64,000 bases of DNA from IMG/VR virus record IMGVR_UViG_3300044970_001685, one strand, 5' to 3'. Position numbers and translations under genes: made by a program. This document shows positions 10,093-19,234 of the stretch, in pieces. The notes under the pieces are model-generated. The model was not told the origin of the DNA and did no database searches. It saw only the letters and a program-made list of their open reading frames with translations. Origin of the DNA: a virus. Every line of letters starts with the position of its first letter. The first letter of the stretch is position 1.

Positions 10093-12021
10093 ATGGCTCC
10101 TATTGTTACTTCTCTGGCATCGATTGTAAAACAGTTTGGTATTGGCGCTGTCCTTGCTGCTCCTTCTGGTGGTGGAACAACTGGTTATGCTGGTGCAAGT
10201 GGAGGTGTTATTAGTGATTATCCAGGACCAGGATCTGGTGGACCATATTATAGAGCACACATCTTTACTTCATCGGGAACTTTTACGGTTACTGATCCTA
10301 CGATTGACTTTGTTGACTATCTTGTAGTTGGTGGTGGAGGAGGAGGTGGTGGATCTTATGGTGGAGGAGGAGGTGCTGGTGCATTTAGAACTGCAACAGC
10401 ATTTCCCGTATCATCTTCTCCTGGATCTTATACAGTCACTATTGGCGCTGGTGGTCTTGGTGGATTCCCTGGTGGTGGATCTCCATATTACCCACCTTCT
10501 CCTGGTGTGTATGTATATCCAAGTGGAACATATGCAACAGGAGGTCCAGGTGGACAATCAGTTTTTGGTCCTATTACCAGTGCTGGTGGCGGTGGAGGTG
10601 GAGCTCGTGCAACTGCTGGTGGACCTTCGCCAGGACCAACAGGAGGTTCTGGGGGTGGAGCAGGAGATGGATATCCAACTGGTTCATTATCGGGAGGTTC
10701 AGGTGGAACTTATGGAAATCCTGGTGGAACTGGTAAAGTTGGTGCTGGTCCAACATATGGAGGTGGTGGCGGAGGTGGTTCTGGTGGTGCTGGAAGTCCA
10801 GAAGGTTCTGGAAGAACTGGTGGTTCGGGAACCGCAAATGTTTATGCGTATGGACCAACAAATCCAGTAACTTATGCTGGCGGTGGTGGGGGCGGTGCTT
10901 TTAGTGGTGCTAGTCCAGCTGCTGGTGGACCTGGTGGTGGAGGTTCTGGTGGTGGTACTGCTAATGCAACTGCTGGAACATATTCTCTTGGTGCCGGCGG
11001 CGGTGGTGGACCTGACACAAATAATACTGCTGGTGCAAATGGTGGTTCAGGTATTGTAGTCGTTCGTTATGCACTTCCTGCATCTACTGGAACCGCAAAG
11101 GCAACTGGTGGTTCTATCAGTTATTATGGTGGTCAAACGATTCATACCTTTACGAGTTCTGGTACTTTCCAAACAACATCAGCAATTCCAACAGCAGAAG
11201 TATTCATAGTCGCAGGTGGTGGTTCCGGTGGTCCTGGTTCTAATCCAACCAATTATGCATCAGGTGGTGGAGGTGGTGCTGGTGGTGTTGTTTATCATCC
11301 AGGTCTTTCTTTCCCATCACCATCAACTTATACGATTACTGTTGGTGCAGGTGGTCAAGCACCAAGAGGAAGTTCCCCTACCAATAGAGGAACTGATGGT
11401 AATGATACAACAGTAACTCACCCATCAGGTCCTTATGTAGCATATGGTGGTGGTGCTGGCGGTGCTGGATATCCGGGTGTTGGGTCAAATACTGGTGGTT
11501 CATCGGGTGGTGCTGGTAATAGTGGAACTGCTGCTCCGGCAGCACAACCAGCAACGAACTCCGGCGCAACGGAATATGGAAATCCTGGTGGTTCTGCCTC
11601 AGGTCCCGGATCACCAGCATATGGTTCTGGTGGAGGTGGTGGTGCTGGCGGTGTCGGTGGAACTGGTACTCCCAGCATCGGTGGACACGGTGGCATAGGA
11701 TTACAAGTACCTTCATCTTTTAGAGATCCCAATTCATCAGTTGGTTCTTCTGGTCCAGGTGGAGGCGGATATTGGTTTGCTGGTGGAGGCGGTGGTGGAA
11801 TTTATAATGGAACATCAACTGCTAAAGGTGGAGGTCCTGGTGGTCCTTATGCTGGTGCTGGAGATGGTGGTGGTGGTGGAAGTCCTTCGGGTGGTAATGG
11901 ATCTAATGCCTTAGAAAATACTGGATCTGGCGGTGGTGGAGCAAGTGAAACAGCAACTCCAGGAACTTTTTCTGGTGGCAATGGTGGTTCAGGAATCGTT
12001 ATGATCGCCTACCCAACATAA
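10093..12021 (+). CDS. Glycine-rich tip protein with two tandem Gly-rich domains
   Basis: Two units, each with H.FTSSGTF...poly-G...GGSGIV(V/M)(V/I)(R/A)Y. Confidence 0.75.
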   Translation: MAPIVTSLASIVKQFGIGAVLAAPSGGGTTGYAGASGGVISDYPGPGSGGPYYRAHIFTSSGTFTVTDPTIDFVDYLVVGGGGGGGGSYGGGGGAGAFRTATAFPVSSSPGSYTVTIGAGGLGGFPGGGSPYYPPSPGVYVYPSGTYATGGPGGQSVFGPITSAGGGGGGARATAGGPSPGPTGGSGGGAGDGYPTGSLSGGSGGTYGNPGGTGKVGAGPTYGGGGGGGSGGAGSPEGSGRTGGSGTANVYAYGPTNPVTYAGGGGGGAFSGASPAAGGPGGGGSGGGTANATAGTYSLGAGGGGGPDTNNTAGANGGSGIVVVRYALPASTGTAKATGGSISYYGGQTIHTFTSSGTFQTTSAIPTAEVFIVAGGGSGGPGSNPTNYASGGGGGAGGVVYHPGLSFPSPSTYTITVGAGGQAPRGSSPTNRGTDGNDTTVTHPSGPYVAYGGGAGGAGYPGVGSNTGGSSGGAGNSGTAAPAAQPATNSGATEYGNPGGSASGPGSPAYGSGGGGGAGGVGGTGTPSIGGHGGIGLQVPSSFRDPNSSVGSSGPGGGGYWFAGGGGGGIYNGTSTAKGGGPGGPYAGAGDGGGGGSPSGGNGSNALENTGSGGGGASETATPGTFSGGNGGSGIVMIAYPT

Positions 12022-12038
12022 ATACCTAAAAACCTAAA

Positions 12039-12755
12039 ATGGCATTCACAAAGATACTTGGACCTGGTATTGCATCGGACACCAACGTACAGATAGGTAT
12101 CTTAACTGCTACAAATGGAATAAAAGGTATTGGTATTTACTCTGGTGGATATGCCATACACAGTGGTATTATAACGGCATTAAATTTCATTGGTGTCGGA
12201 AACACTTTTATCGTTCATGATAATCGAATTGATATTAGTATTTCTGGTTCTGGCGGAGGCGTTGGATTAGGAACACCTCTTAGTGAAGATACTGATAATC
12301 CATTAAATAAAATTTATTATACTGATTCTATTTTAAGTATTGGACAAACAGTTACCATTGATGTTCCTAATTCTACACAAGTTGCTTATACACAGTATGT
12401 TGATCTTGCAATTGAAGAAGGTGCTGATTTAATTATTGCTGATGGTGATGAATTTGTTGCTGATATTTTAGGTCTTTCTACGGAAGGAATGCAATCAATC
12501 TCTGGTGTTGGTGGAAGAGTTCGTGCTGATACTTTTACAAACAAAGCAGGAACTGGTGCTCCAACATTTCCAAGTGGAGTTCAAGTCGTTGGTGTTGCTA
12601 CCGCAACAAGTTTTAGTGGCGATGGATCTCAACTGACAGGACTTTCTAGAACTTTAACCATTGGAGTGAGAACTGGTACAGCAGTAACATTTAATATCAC
12701 AGGTTCATCTTTTAATGTAAATGGAAGAAGTGGTAATATTTCAATTGGTATCTAA
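12039..12755 (+). CDS. Fibre linker protein (fusion of several junction motifs)
   Basis: Contains LNFIGVGNTF (shared with 5919), RVRADTFTNKAGTGAP, and a C-terminal LTIGVRT. Confidence 0.65.
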   Translation: MAFTKILGPGIASDTNVQIGILTATNGIKGIGIYSGGYAIHSGIITALNFIGVGNTFIVHDNRIDISISGSGGGVGLGTPLSEDTDNPLNKIYYTDSILSIGQTVTIDVPNSTQVAYTQYVDLAIEEGADLIIADGDEFVADILGLSTEGMQSISGVGGRVRADTFTNKAGTGAPTFPSGVQVVGVATATSFSGDGSQLTGLSRTLTIGVRTGTAVTFNITGSSFNVNGRSGNISIGI

Positions 12756-12785
12756 AACATAAATATTTAAAACTAATTTATTAAA

Positions 12786-13622
12786 ATGGCCAATAGATTT
12801 CCGTTAGTTGCCAATCCAAGTTCTAATCAAATACAGGAAATTCCTGCACTTGATAACTTAGATTTGGCAAGCTGTGGTATTGTTAATGTTGGTGATATTC
12901 AATCTGTTGGAAATTTAACTGTATCTGGAAACTTAACCGTCAATGGAACCACAACGACCATTGATACTGTAAATCTTACAATCGAAGATAAGAATATTGG
13001 TATTGGAACAACGACTTCACCATCAAACTCTACGGCAGATGGTGGTGGTATTACGATCTTCGGTGGTTCTGATGGAGATAAGACGTTAACTTGGGAAAGA
13101 GGAAGTAGTTCCTTTGTTTATTCCGATCCGAATAAGTTTAAGGGAGTTATTGAAACTGTTTCTGCCGCAACGACTTATAACAGTGGAAACAATCTAGTTC
13201 TTGAACTGGATGTAAGAAACGCAACGACTTATACTTATACAATTCCAACGGGTGCAAACATTGGTATTGTGTCGTTTAAGAATATGCCTGCCTTTACTGG
13301 TAATGCAAACGGTACAACGATTACTTGCATCTTTACTCAGATGTCCACAACTCCTGCTGGAACAGGAAACACAACTGGAACAACTGGTATTGGAACTAAC
13401 TGCACTGTGATTGGGTATGAAAACGGAGCAGCAGTTACAGGTATTTCAACCAGAGCATTAGTTGGTTCCGCAACGACTGTCACTCTATCTTCAACCGTAA
13501 ATGATAGAGATTTTGTTTCGTTCTTTGTACATTATACTGGTGGTTCTAATACCAATGCAACAAGTTATCAGATTTATGCAACCAAGAACGGCGGATTTAG
13601 ACAAGGTAACGTAGGAGTTTGA
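12786..13622 (+). CDS. Fibre adaptor protein
   Basis: MANRFPL start, GNLTVNGTTTTI...EDKNI fibre motif, C-domain like 7565. Confidence 0.65.
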   Translation: MANRFPLVANPSSNQIQEIPALDNLDLASCGIVNVGDIQSVGNLTVSGNLTVNGTTTTIDTVNLTIEDKNIGIGTTTSPSNSTADGGGITIFGGSDGDKTLTWERGSSSFVYSDPNKFKGVIETVSAATTYNSGNNLVLELDVRNATTYTYTIPTGANIGIVSFKNMPAFTGNANGTTITCIFTQMSTTPAGTGNTTGTTGIGTNCTVIGYENGAAVTGISTRALVGSATTVTLSSTVNDRDFVSFFVHYTGGSNTNATSYQIYATKNGGFRQGNVGV

Positions 13623-13626
13623 TATT

Positions 13627-14343
13627 ATGGCACCAATTTTTACTGGCGGTAGAATGGGTTTTGGTAGAGTTGATGCTCCTACTGGTACTGCTGCTGTTCC
13701 ATTTTCCGCTACTGGTGGAAGTAAATCAAATCCAGGTGATGGATATGTATATCATGTATTTGACAGCTCAAGTAGTTTCTTAGTTCAATCTGGAAGTAGT
13801 CAAATTGAAGTTCTTCTTCAAGGTGGCGGTGGCGGTGGTCAGTCCATAGGTGGATCTGGAAGTAACTCACCGGGAGGCGCAGGTGGTGGTGGAGGTGCCA
13901 CCGGTGTTTGGTCTGTATCTTTAACTCCTGGAACATATCCAGTTTCTGTTGCTGGTGCAGGTGATGGCAGTCAACTCACAAATGTAAATAGTACTTTCAT
14001 ATCTGCTGGTGGTCCTGGTGGAAGTAATTCTACTCCTTGGCCTGGGGCATCTCTTACGGAAAATTATCCAGGACCAGCTGCCCCAGGTCGACCAGGTAGT
14101 TTTAGTGGAACTCCGGGAAACCCGGCGGGAGGAGTTCCACAACCAGGATCTCTTTGGTGGAGACCATATATATCGCCAGGATTTGGTGGGAATGGTGGTA
14201 ATCATGGTCAACCAGATTCAGCAACTCCTGGACAACCCTATGGCGGTGGAGGAGGTGGAGGTGCTGGTTCATTTGATGGTGGACCAGGTGGAACAGGAAA
14301 ACCAGGCGCACCAGGAAGAGTTGTAATTAGATATCAAATATAG
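13627..14343 (+). CDS. Glycine-rich tip/adhesin-like protein
   Basis: MAP start, ATGG...YVYHVF, GRVVIRY end. Confidence 0.75.
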   Translation: MAPIFTGGRMGFGRVDAPTGTAAVPFSATGGSKSNPGDGYVYHVFDSSSSFLVQSGSSQIEVLLQGGGGGGQSIGGSGSNSPGGAGGGGGATGVWSVSLTPGTYPVSVAGAGDGSQLTNVNSTFISAGGPGGSNSTPWPGASLTENYPGPAAPGRPGSFSGTPGNPAGGVPQPGSLWWRPYISPGFGGNGGNHGQPDSATPGQPYGGGGGGGAGSFDGGPGGTGKPGAPGRVVIRYQI

Positions 14344-14370
14344 TATAATTAGATTACTTAAATTTTTATT

Positions 14371-14937
14371 ATGAATTTTATAGAAAAATATGATAATATA
14401 CTTACAAAAGATGAATGCGAGTATTTAATTAATCTTTTTGAATCTTGTCCATTTCATGTTGAAGGACGTGCAGGAGGAGAAGTTAATTATGAAAAGAAAA
14501 AAGGAATAGGTATTGATTTATTCTTTAAGACTGATGGGGAAAATATTGTCACTGAAGGTAATCAAAGAATAAATGAAATTATTTTACCATCAGTGATTGA
14601 ATGTTTGAAGGAATATAAAAAAAAATACCCATTAATAGATAAAGTTTCCTCCTGGAACGTTGATAATTATTATCACATTCAAAGATTTAAAGAGAATGAG
14701 GGATATTATATAATTCATTGTGAACAGGAGGGTATTACATCAAAAAGAATGTTAGTATGGATGATTTATCTTAATGATGCAAAAAGCGGAACTAGGTTTT
14801 ATCATCAAAAACTAGATATGAAAGCAAAAGTAGGAAGAATAGTGATTTGGCCTGCTGCATGGACTCATATGCATTCTGGTATTATCCCCAATAAAGGAAC
14901 TAAGTATATTGCAACTGGTTGGTTTTCTTATGATTAA
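14371..14937 (+). CDS. Prolyl-4-hydroxylase-like 2OG-Fe(II) oxygenase
   Basis: HCE...RMLVWMIYLND..SGT.F...WPA.WTH.H.G.....KYIATGW. Confidence 0.85.
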   Translation: MNFIEKYDNILTKDECEYLINLFESCPFHVEGRAGGEVNYEKKKGIGIDLFFKTDGENIVTEGNQRINEIILPSVIECLKEYKKKYPLIDKVSSWNVDNYYHIQRFKENEGYYIIHCEQEGITSKRMLVWMIYLNDAKSGTRFYHQKLDMKAKVGRIVIWPAAWTHMHSGIIPNKGTKYIATGWFSYD

Positions 14938-15538
14938 AGTAATTGATAATTTTTTACCTGATCCATATTTTGTAAGAAAGGAAGCTTTCAAGAGTAAAAT
15001 AAAAGATAATTATCTTACGCATCCAGGCACAAGAAAAATCATTCCAACAAAAATTGAAAATTTGGTACTAAATCTTTTAAAAAAAGAGTTAAATGAAGAT
15101 ATTAGAGTTGCTGAGTGTGGATTTGATTTTATTGATGAGAAATATGTTACTGGTATTCCGCATTCAGATTCTGGAAAAAATGGATATGATGGATTTAAAT
15201 ATTCTGCTGTAATATATCTAAACGAAAACCCACCAGAAAAAACAGGTATAGAAATATATGATTATGCAAAAAATAACAGACATTTATATTTTCATACGCA
15301 AAATGCCACAGATTTAAAAGAAGGATTTTTTGCATCCAAAAAAAGTTTTGTGGATAAATTTATCTGGAAAAATTTGATAGTAAAGAGATGTACAAAGGGT
15401 CTTAAGAATAAAATAGAAATATCAAATAAATTTAATAGAATGGTGGTTTTTGATTCTGATAGAATACATAGACCTCAAAATTATTTTGGAACTAATAAAG
15501 AAAACTGCAGATTGTCCATGATATTTTTTTTAAAATGA
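14930..15538 (+). CDS. 2OG-Fe(II) oxygenase (DUF6445-like)
   Basis: IDNFLPDP, HSD, SAVIYL, NRMVVFDS..IH, RL. ATG 14930 preferred over the TTG start of the track ORF. Confidence 0.75.
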   Translation: MIKVIDNFLPDPYFVRKEAFKSKIKDNYLTHPGTRKIIPTKIENLVLNLLKKELNEDIRVAECGFDFIDEKYVTGIPHSDSGKNGYDGFKYSAVIYLNENPPEKTGIEIYDYAKNNRHLYFHTQNATDLKEGFFASKKSFVDKFIWKNLIVKRCTKGLKNKIEISNKFNRMVVFDSDRIHRPQNYFGTNKENCRLSMIFFLK

Positions 15539-16029
15539 ATTTTCCAATAAAATCAAAGTTGTATATTAATCCTATTTACAAATATTTTCTGTTTCAATAT
15601 ATTAAAAATAACTTGTACTCTCATATAAGTTGTATGGGAGATTCATACTCAACTTTTGAATATGAAAGATATTTGCATAGAAAAAAATTATTTAAAAAAT
15701 TATCAAATTCAATTCAAAATAAAGTTGAAACACTTCTGGAATGTGAAGGATACATGCACAGCATGTGGTTTAATGTAAATAGAATAGGATCAAAAACTAC
15801 ATTACATCACCATAATGATCAAAAGTCAGACAATAAATTTTCTGGAGTATACTATTTTTCAAAACCAAAAAATTCTGGCAATTTTATTTTTTACGATCCT
15901 CAGTTGACAACATTAGAAGTAAAAACTAATGACATCATAATATTTAATGCAAGTTTGTTGCATGAAACCGAAGTTAATGATTCAAATAATGATAGGATAG
16001 TTTGTGGATTTAATTTTATGAAATTCTAG
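15535..16029 (+). CDS. 2OG-Fe(II) oxygenase (TIGR02466-like)
   Basis: W.N.N...H.H...SGVYY...IIFNA.L.H....N....R....FN. Confidence 0.8.
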   Translation: MNFPIKSKLYINPIYKYFLFQYIKNNLYSHISCMGDSYSTFEYERYLHRKKLFKKLSNSIQNKVETLLECEGYMHSMWFNVNRIGSKTTLHHHNDQKSDNKFSGVYYFSKPKNSGNFIFYDPQLTTLEVKTNDIIIFNASLLHETEVNDSNNDRIVCGFNFMKF

Positions 16030-16078
16030 ACTTACAGACATTTCTCAAAAACTCATATATAATATCACTGAATGCATT

Positions 16079-16162
16079 TTTGATAGTAATAATTTTCACG
16101 ATAGCAGTTCACCATTTCAACAAGATTTTAGATGTGTAATCAATATAGTTTCAAAATTTTAA
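16079..16162 (+). pseudogene. C-terminal remnant of a 2OG-Fe(II) oxygenase
   Basis: Reads FDSNNFHDSSSPFQQDFRCVINIVSKF*, matching the distal His...Arg strand of 18052..18567; no start codon. Confidence 0.55.
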
Positions 16163-16211
16163 TTTATTTTTGTGAATAAATACTTTTAATATTGGACAGT
16201 CTTATAATCTA

Positions 16212-17045
16212 ATGTCAAGAATTAGAGCAGACAAAATAGTTAATCGTGCGGGAACCGGTGCTCCACAACTAACCTATGGCGCTGAAATTCCTTCTGGGCA
16301 AGAATTAACTGGTGCTGGTAATATTAATATTGCAGGCATAGCGACGGCTGTTAGTTTTAGTGGTAATTTAGTTGGTAATGTAACAGGTATTGCAACAACT
16401 GCTTATGGACTAACTGGAAGTCCTAATATTACAGTTGGTTCTATCACAGCTTCTAGTGCATCGATTAGTGGCAATGTTTCTATTGCTGGAACTTTAACTT
16501 ATGAAGATGTAACTAATATTGATTCTATTGGTCTTGTTACTGCAAGAACGGGAATAAATGTAACTGCTGGCGGAGTTAATGTTACTTCTGGTGGTTTAAA
16601 CATAACTGCTGGAGTTTCTACATTCTCCGGAGCAATGAGAGTTACATCTGGAATGGAAAAAGTTCATAGACATTCTGGAAATACTGTCACACTAACATAT
16701 AATTCTACATCAAGTTCAAATGTTGGGTACGCAATAAATCCAAGTGGAAATATTACAGTCAATGTTGTAGGTATTCCAACATCAAGTGATTATGATGATC
16801 ACTCAATTTCTTTTGCTGTGATTGTAAACAATACAGGAACTGCAAGAACTTGCACTGCTGTTAACTTGAATGGTGTTCCAGAAACGATTCGTTGGGCAGG
16901 TGGTTCATTAGAAACAGCACTTTCTGGTGTTACAACAACGACAGGACATACAATCTTTAGTTTCACTGGAATTAATACTATTGGTTCTGCATCAACAGCA
17001 GCAAATTATCAAGTTCTTGGAGTAGTTAGTGGAGGTTTCTGGTAA
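16212..17045 (+). CDS. Fibre adaptor protein
   Basis: MSRIRADKIVNRAGTGAP; GTLTYEDVTNIDSIG fibre motif; C-domain homologous to 9460. Confidence 0.65.
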   Translation: MSRIRADKIVNRAGTGAPQLTYGAEIPSGQELTGAGNINIAGIATAVSFSGNLVGNVTGIATTAYGLTGSPNITVGSITASSASISGNVSIAGTLTYEDVTNIDSIGLVTARTGINVTAGGVNVTSGGLNITAGVSTFSGAMRVTSGMEKVHRHSGNTVTLTYNSTSSSNVGYAINPSGNITVNVVGIPTSSDYDDHSISFAVIVNNTGTARTCTAVNLNGVPETIRWAGGSLETALSGVTTTTGHTIFSFTGINTIGSASTAANYQVLGVVSGGFW

Positions 17046-17047
17046 TT

Positions 17048-18043
17048 ATGGCACCTTTATTGGGAAGACTTGGTGTAGATAGAAGTGGTTTTGGATTTGG
17101 CGGTAGAAGAAAACTTTTAAGTACATTAGTTTTTGTACCAAAAGAATACGTATTTTTTGGTACAACAGGATCAAGCACAACAGGAACTTTACCAGATTTA
17201 TCTGGTTATACCACAATAAAAGTATCTGGTGTTGGTGCTGGTGGTGATGGAAATCCTAGTCATCCAGGGGGATGTTGTCCTGGTCGAGGTGGTGGTGGAG
17301 GCGCTGCGGCAAATATTCGTGGTGATAGTTTTCCTGTTCCCGGAAATGGTATTACAAGCATTTATTATTCAGTTGGTGGGTCTAATGGCGCAGACACTTT
17401 CATTCAAATAAATGGTCCTGGTGGGACTGATTTAATCAGATTTCGTGGAGGATCTCCAAATACGGGAGAAACTGCGGGACCAGGTGGACCTTCAACAGGA
17501 GGTGGACCAAATTGTGTATCTGGCAGTCCTGGTGGTGCTGGTGCTCCTAGATTTTCCAACGGCAATCCTGCACCCGGAGCAACTAATGCATGTGGAGGTG
17601 GTGGGGGTTCTGGTGGAGCAGTAGACAATGGACAACCAGGAACTACCGGTGGTAGTGGTGGTCCTAGTAATTTTACACCAATTGCACCTAATGTAATTAC
17701 TACAACTGCTTTTGGTCCTGCACCAACAACATGGAGTATTGGTCCGGCAGGTCCACATGCTGGCGGTGGTGGTGGATATGGATCTACCGCAGGTACTAGT
17801 AATGGAACAGATGCCGGTGACGTATCATGGGCAGAAGGTGGTGGAGGTGCTGGGTATCCTATCGGACCTGGATCTGGAGCTCCAGGATCAGGTGGTGCAG
17901 GTGCGGGTATTAGATGGACTGATCCTTCGGATCCAATAAATAATGGCAAATTTTTTGGTGGAGGTGGAGGAGGTATTGGTGGAAGCATTAACCCAGTAGA
18001 TGGATATGGTGGCAAAGGATTTTTAATTATTCAACTTTCTTAA
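17048..18043 (+). CDS. Glycine-rich tip/adhesin-like protein
   Basis: MAP start, poly-Gly/Pro, GGKGFLIIQL end. Confidence 0.75.
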   Translation: MAPLLGRLGVDRSGFGFGGRRKLLSTLVFVPKEYVFFGTTGSSTTGTLPDLSGYTTIKVSGVGAGGDGNPSHPGGCCPGRGGGGGAAANIRGDSFPVPGNGITSIYYSVGGSNGADTFIQINGPGGTDLIRFRGGSPNTGETAGPGGPSTGGGPNCVSGSPGGAGAPRFSNGNPAPGATNACGGGGGSGGAVDNGQPGTTGGSGGPSNFTPIAPNVITTTAFGPAPTTWSIGPAGPHAGGGGGYGSTAGTSNGTDAGDVSWAEGGGGAGYPIGPGSGAPGSGGAGAGIRWTDPSDPINNGKFFGGGGGGIGGSINPVDGYGGKGFLIIQLS

Positions 18044-18051
18044 ATATAAAA

Positions 18052-18567
18052 ATGATTACTGAAATTTATACCGGATCAGAGTCCGTTTCTATTGCTGATC
18101 GTGAATTGTTAAAGGACATATTTACATCAGATACTTTTCAATGGTATTACAATCCAACTACAATATCTGACAATAAAATAAACAGATCTCAATTTACTCA
18201 TAGAATATATCAGAATGATACTGTTTGTTCTGACCATTATTCTATTATTCACGAAATTTTTTCATATAAAATTCCAGAATTTCATACACATAAACTGAAT
18301 AGAATTAAAGCAAATCTTAATATTGCACATTCAAATAGAAAAATCCTTCCCCCCCACAGAGATCTAAGTGGAGGAGAAGGAGTTGTTTACATTTATTATG
18401 TTGATGATTCTGATGGACATACCATCCTTTATGATGGTTGGAAAAAAATTAAAGTAGAACCAAAAAAAGGTAAATTGATCAGATTTCCTGCAACTATGTT
18501 ACACACAGGAAATGTGCCAAGAAAATATGATAGAAGAACTGTAATTAACTTTGTATTTGAAGATTAA
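18052..18567 (+). CDS. 2OG-Fe(II) oxygenase
   Basis: RIKANL...PHRD...IYYV.DSDG.T...PKKG....F.....H......RR.VINF. Confidence 0.8.
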   Translation: MITEIYTGSESVSIADRELLKDIFTSDTFQWYYNPTTISDNKINRSQFTHRIYQNDTVCSDHYSIIHEIFSYKIPEFHTHKLNRIKANLNIAHSNRKILPPHRDLSGGEGVVYIYYVDDSDGHTILYDGWKKIKVEPKKGKLIRFPATMLHTGNVPRKYDRRTVINFVFED

Positions 18568-19186
18568 CTGTTGAATCCATGTTTCCGATTTTTCCTGTCG
18601 GAAAAAGATTAAAAGCAACTGACACTCTTTCGGGGTCCTTATAATTTCTATCTATTTTATGATACAAATAACTTGGGAAAATAAGAAGTTGATTCTTTTT
18701 AGGTAGAAAATCCCATGTTTTAGAATTCCATATATTCCACTCTTTTGGTTCAGTTAATGAAAGTTGTCTTGGAGCAAGATTGTAACTTTCAAATTCTATT
18801 GGAGTATTGGCATCTTCAAAATAGAAAACTCCACTATACATAGAGTTTGAATGTTGATGAAATTGTCCATAGGAACCTCTTATAGTTCTAGTTGCCCAAG
18901 AAGTTGTAATTTCAAATTTATCTTCATATGCTTTCATTACGTTATTTTTATAGTAATGATTAAAAACTTCTAAAAATATTTCTTTTTCCCTTGGAAATTT
19001 ATTTAAAATATACCTGTCTATTGATATTTCTTGTCCATAGGATCCACTGGAACTTATTGATTGAAAATCAAGATTTTTTACACCATTTTCAAATGCTGAG
19101 AAATCTTCATTTATAATCAACTTCAAAACTGTGGATGGGAAGAGTGGATAAATTTCTTCGGATATTCTATTTTCAGAATTGTTCAT
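18545..19186 (-). CDS. 2OG-Fe(II) oxygenase (TIGR02466-like), inverted
   Basis: LFPS..., SW..., HQHSNSMYSGVFY, IFPSYLYH, RVSVAFN. Confidence 0.85.
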   Translation of the reverse strand: MNNSENRISEEIYPLFPSTVLKLIINEDFSAFENGVKNLDFQSISSSGSYGQEISIDRYILNKFPREKEIFLEVFNHYYKNNVMKAYEDKFEITTSWATRTIRGSYGQFHQHSNSMYSGVFYFEDANTPIEFESYNLAPRQLSLTEPKEWNIWNSKTWDFLPKKNQLLIFPSYLYHKIDRNYKDPERVSVAFNLFPTGKIGNMDSTVNLQIQS

Positions 19187-19234
19187 GGTATTTTAAGCAA
19201 GTATAATATATATTATATCAACTAAAAGTCAAAT

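Noticed and set aside
10087-10095. In-frame TGA-TTT-ATG between adaptor and Gly-rich gene suggesting readthrough or stop recoding
   Set aside because: Equivalent junctions are out of frame (13622, 17045) or contain a second stop (8227, 3224). Core genes are intact in the standard code and no suppressor tRNA is present.
3631-18015. Many alternative-frame and antisense ORFs (Val/Glu-rich, Pro-rich, His-rich) over the Gly-rich genes
   Set aside because: Artefacts of GGT/GGA codon runs, which lack stops in other frames
1-18043. Diversity-generating retroelement or invertase shufflon behind tip diversity
   Set aside because: No reverse transcriptase, recombinase, near-identical template/variable repeat pair or inverted crossover sites seen in the window
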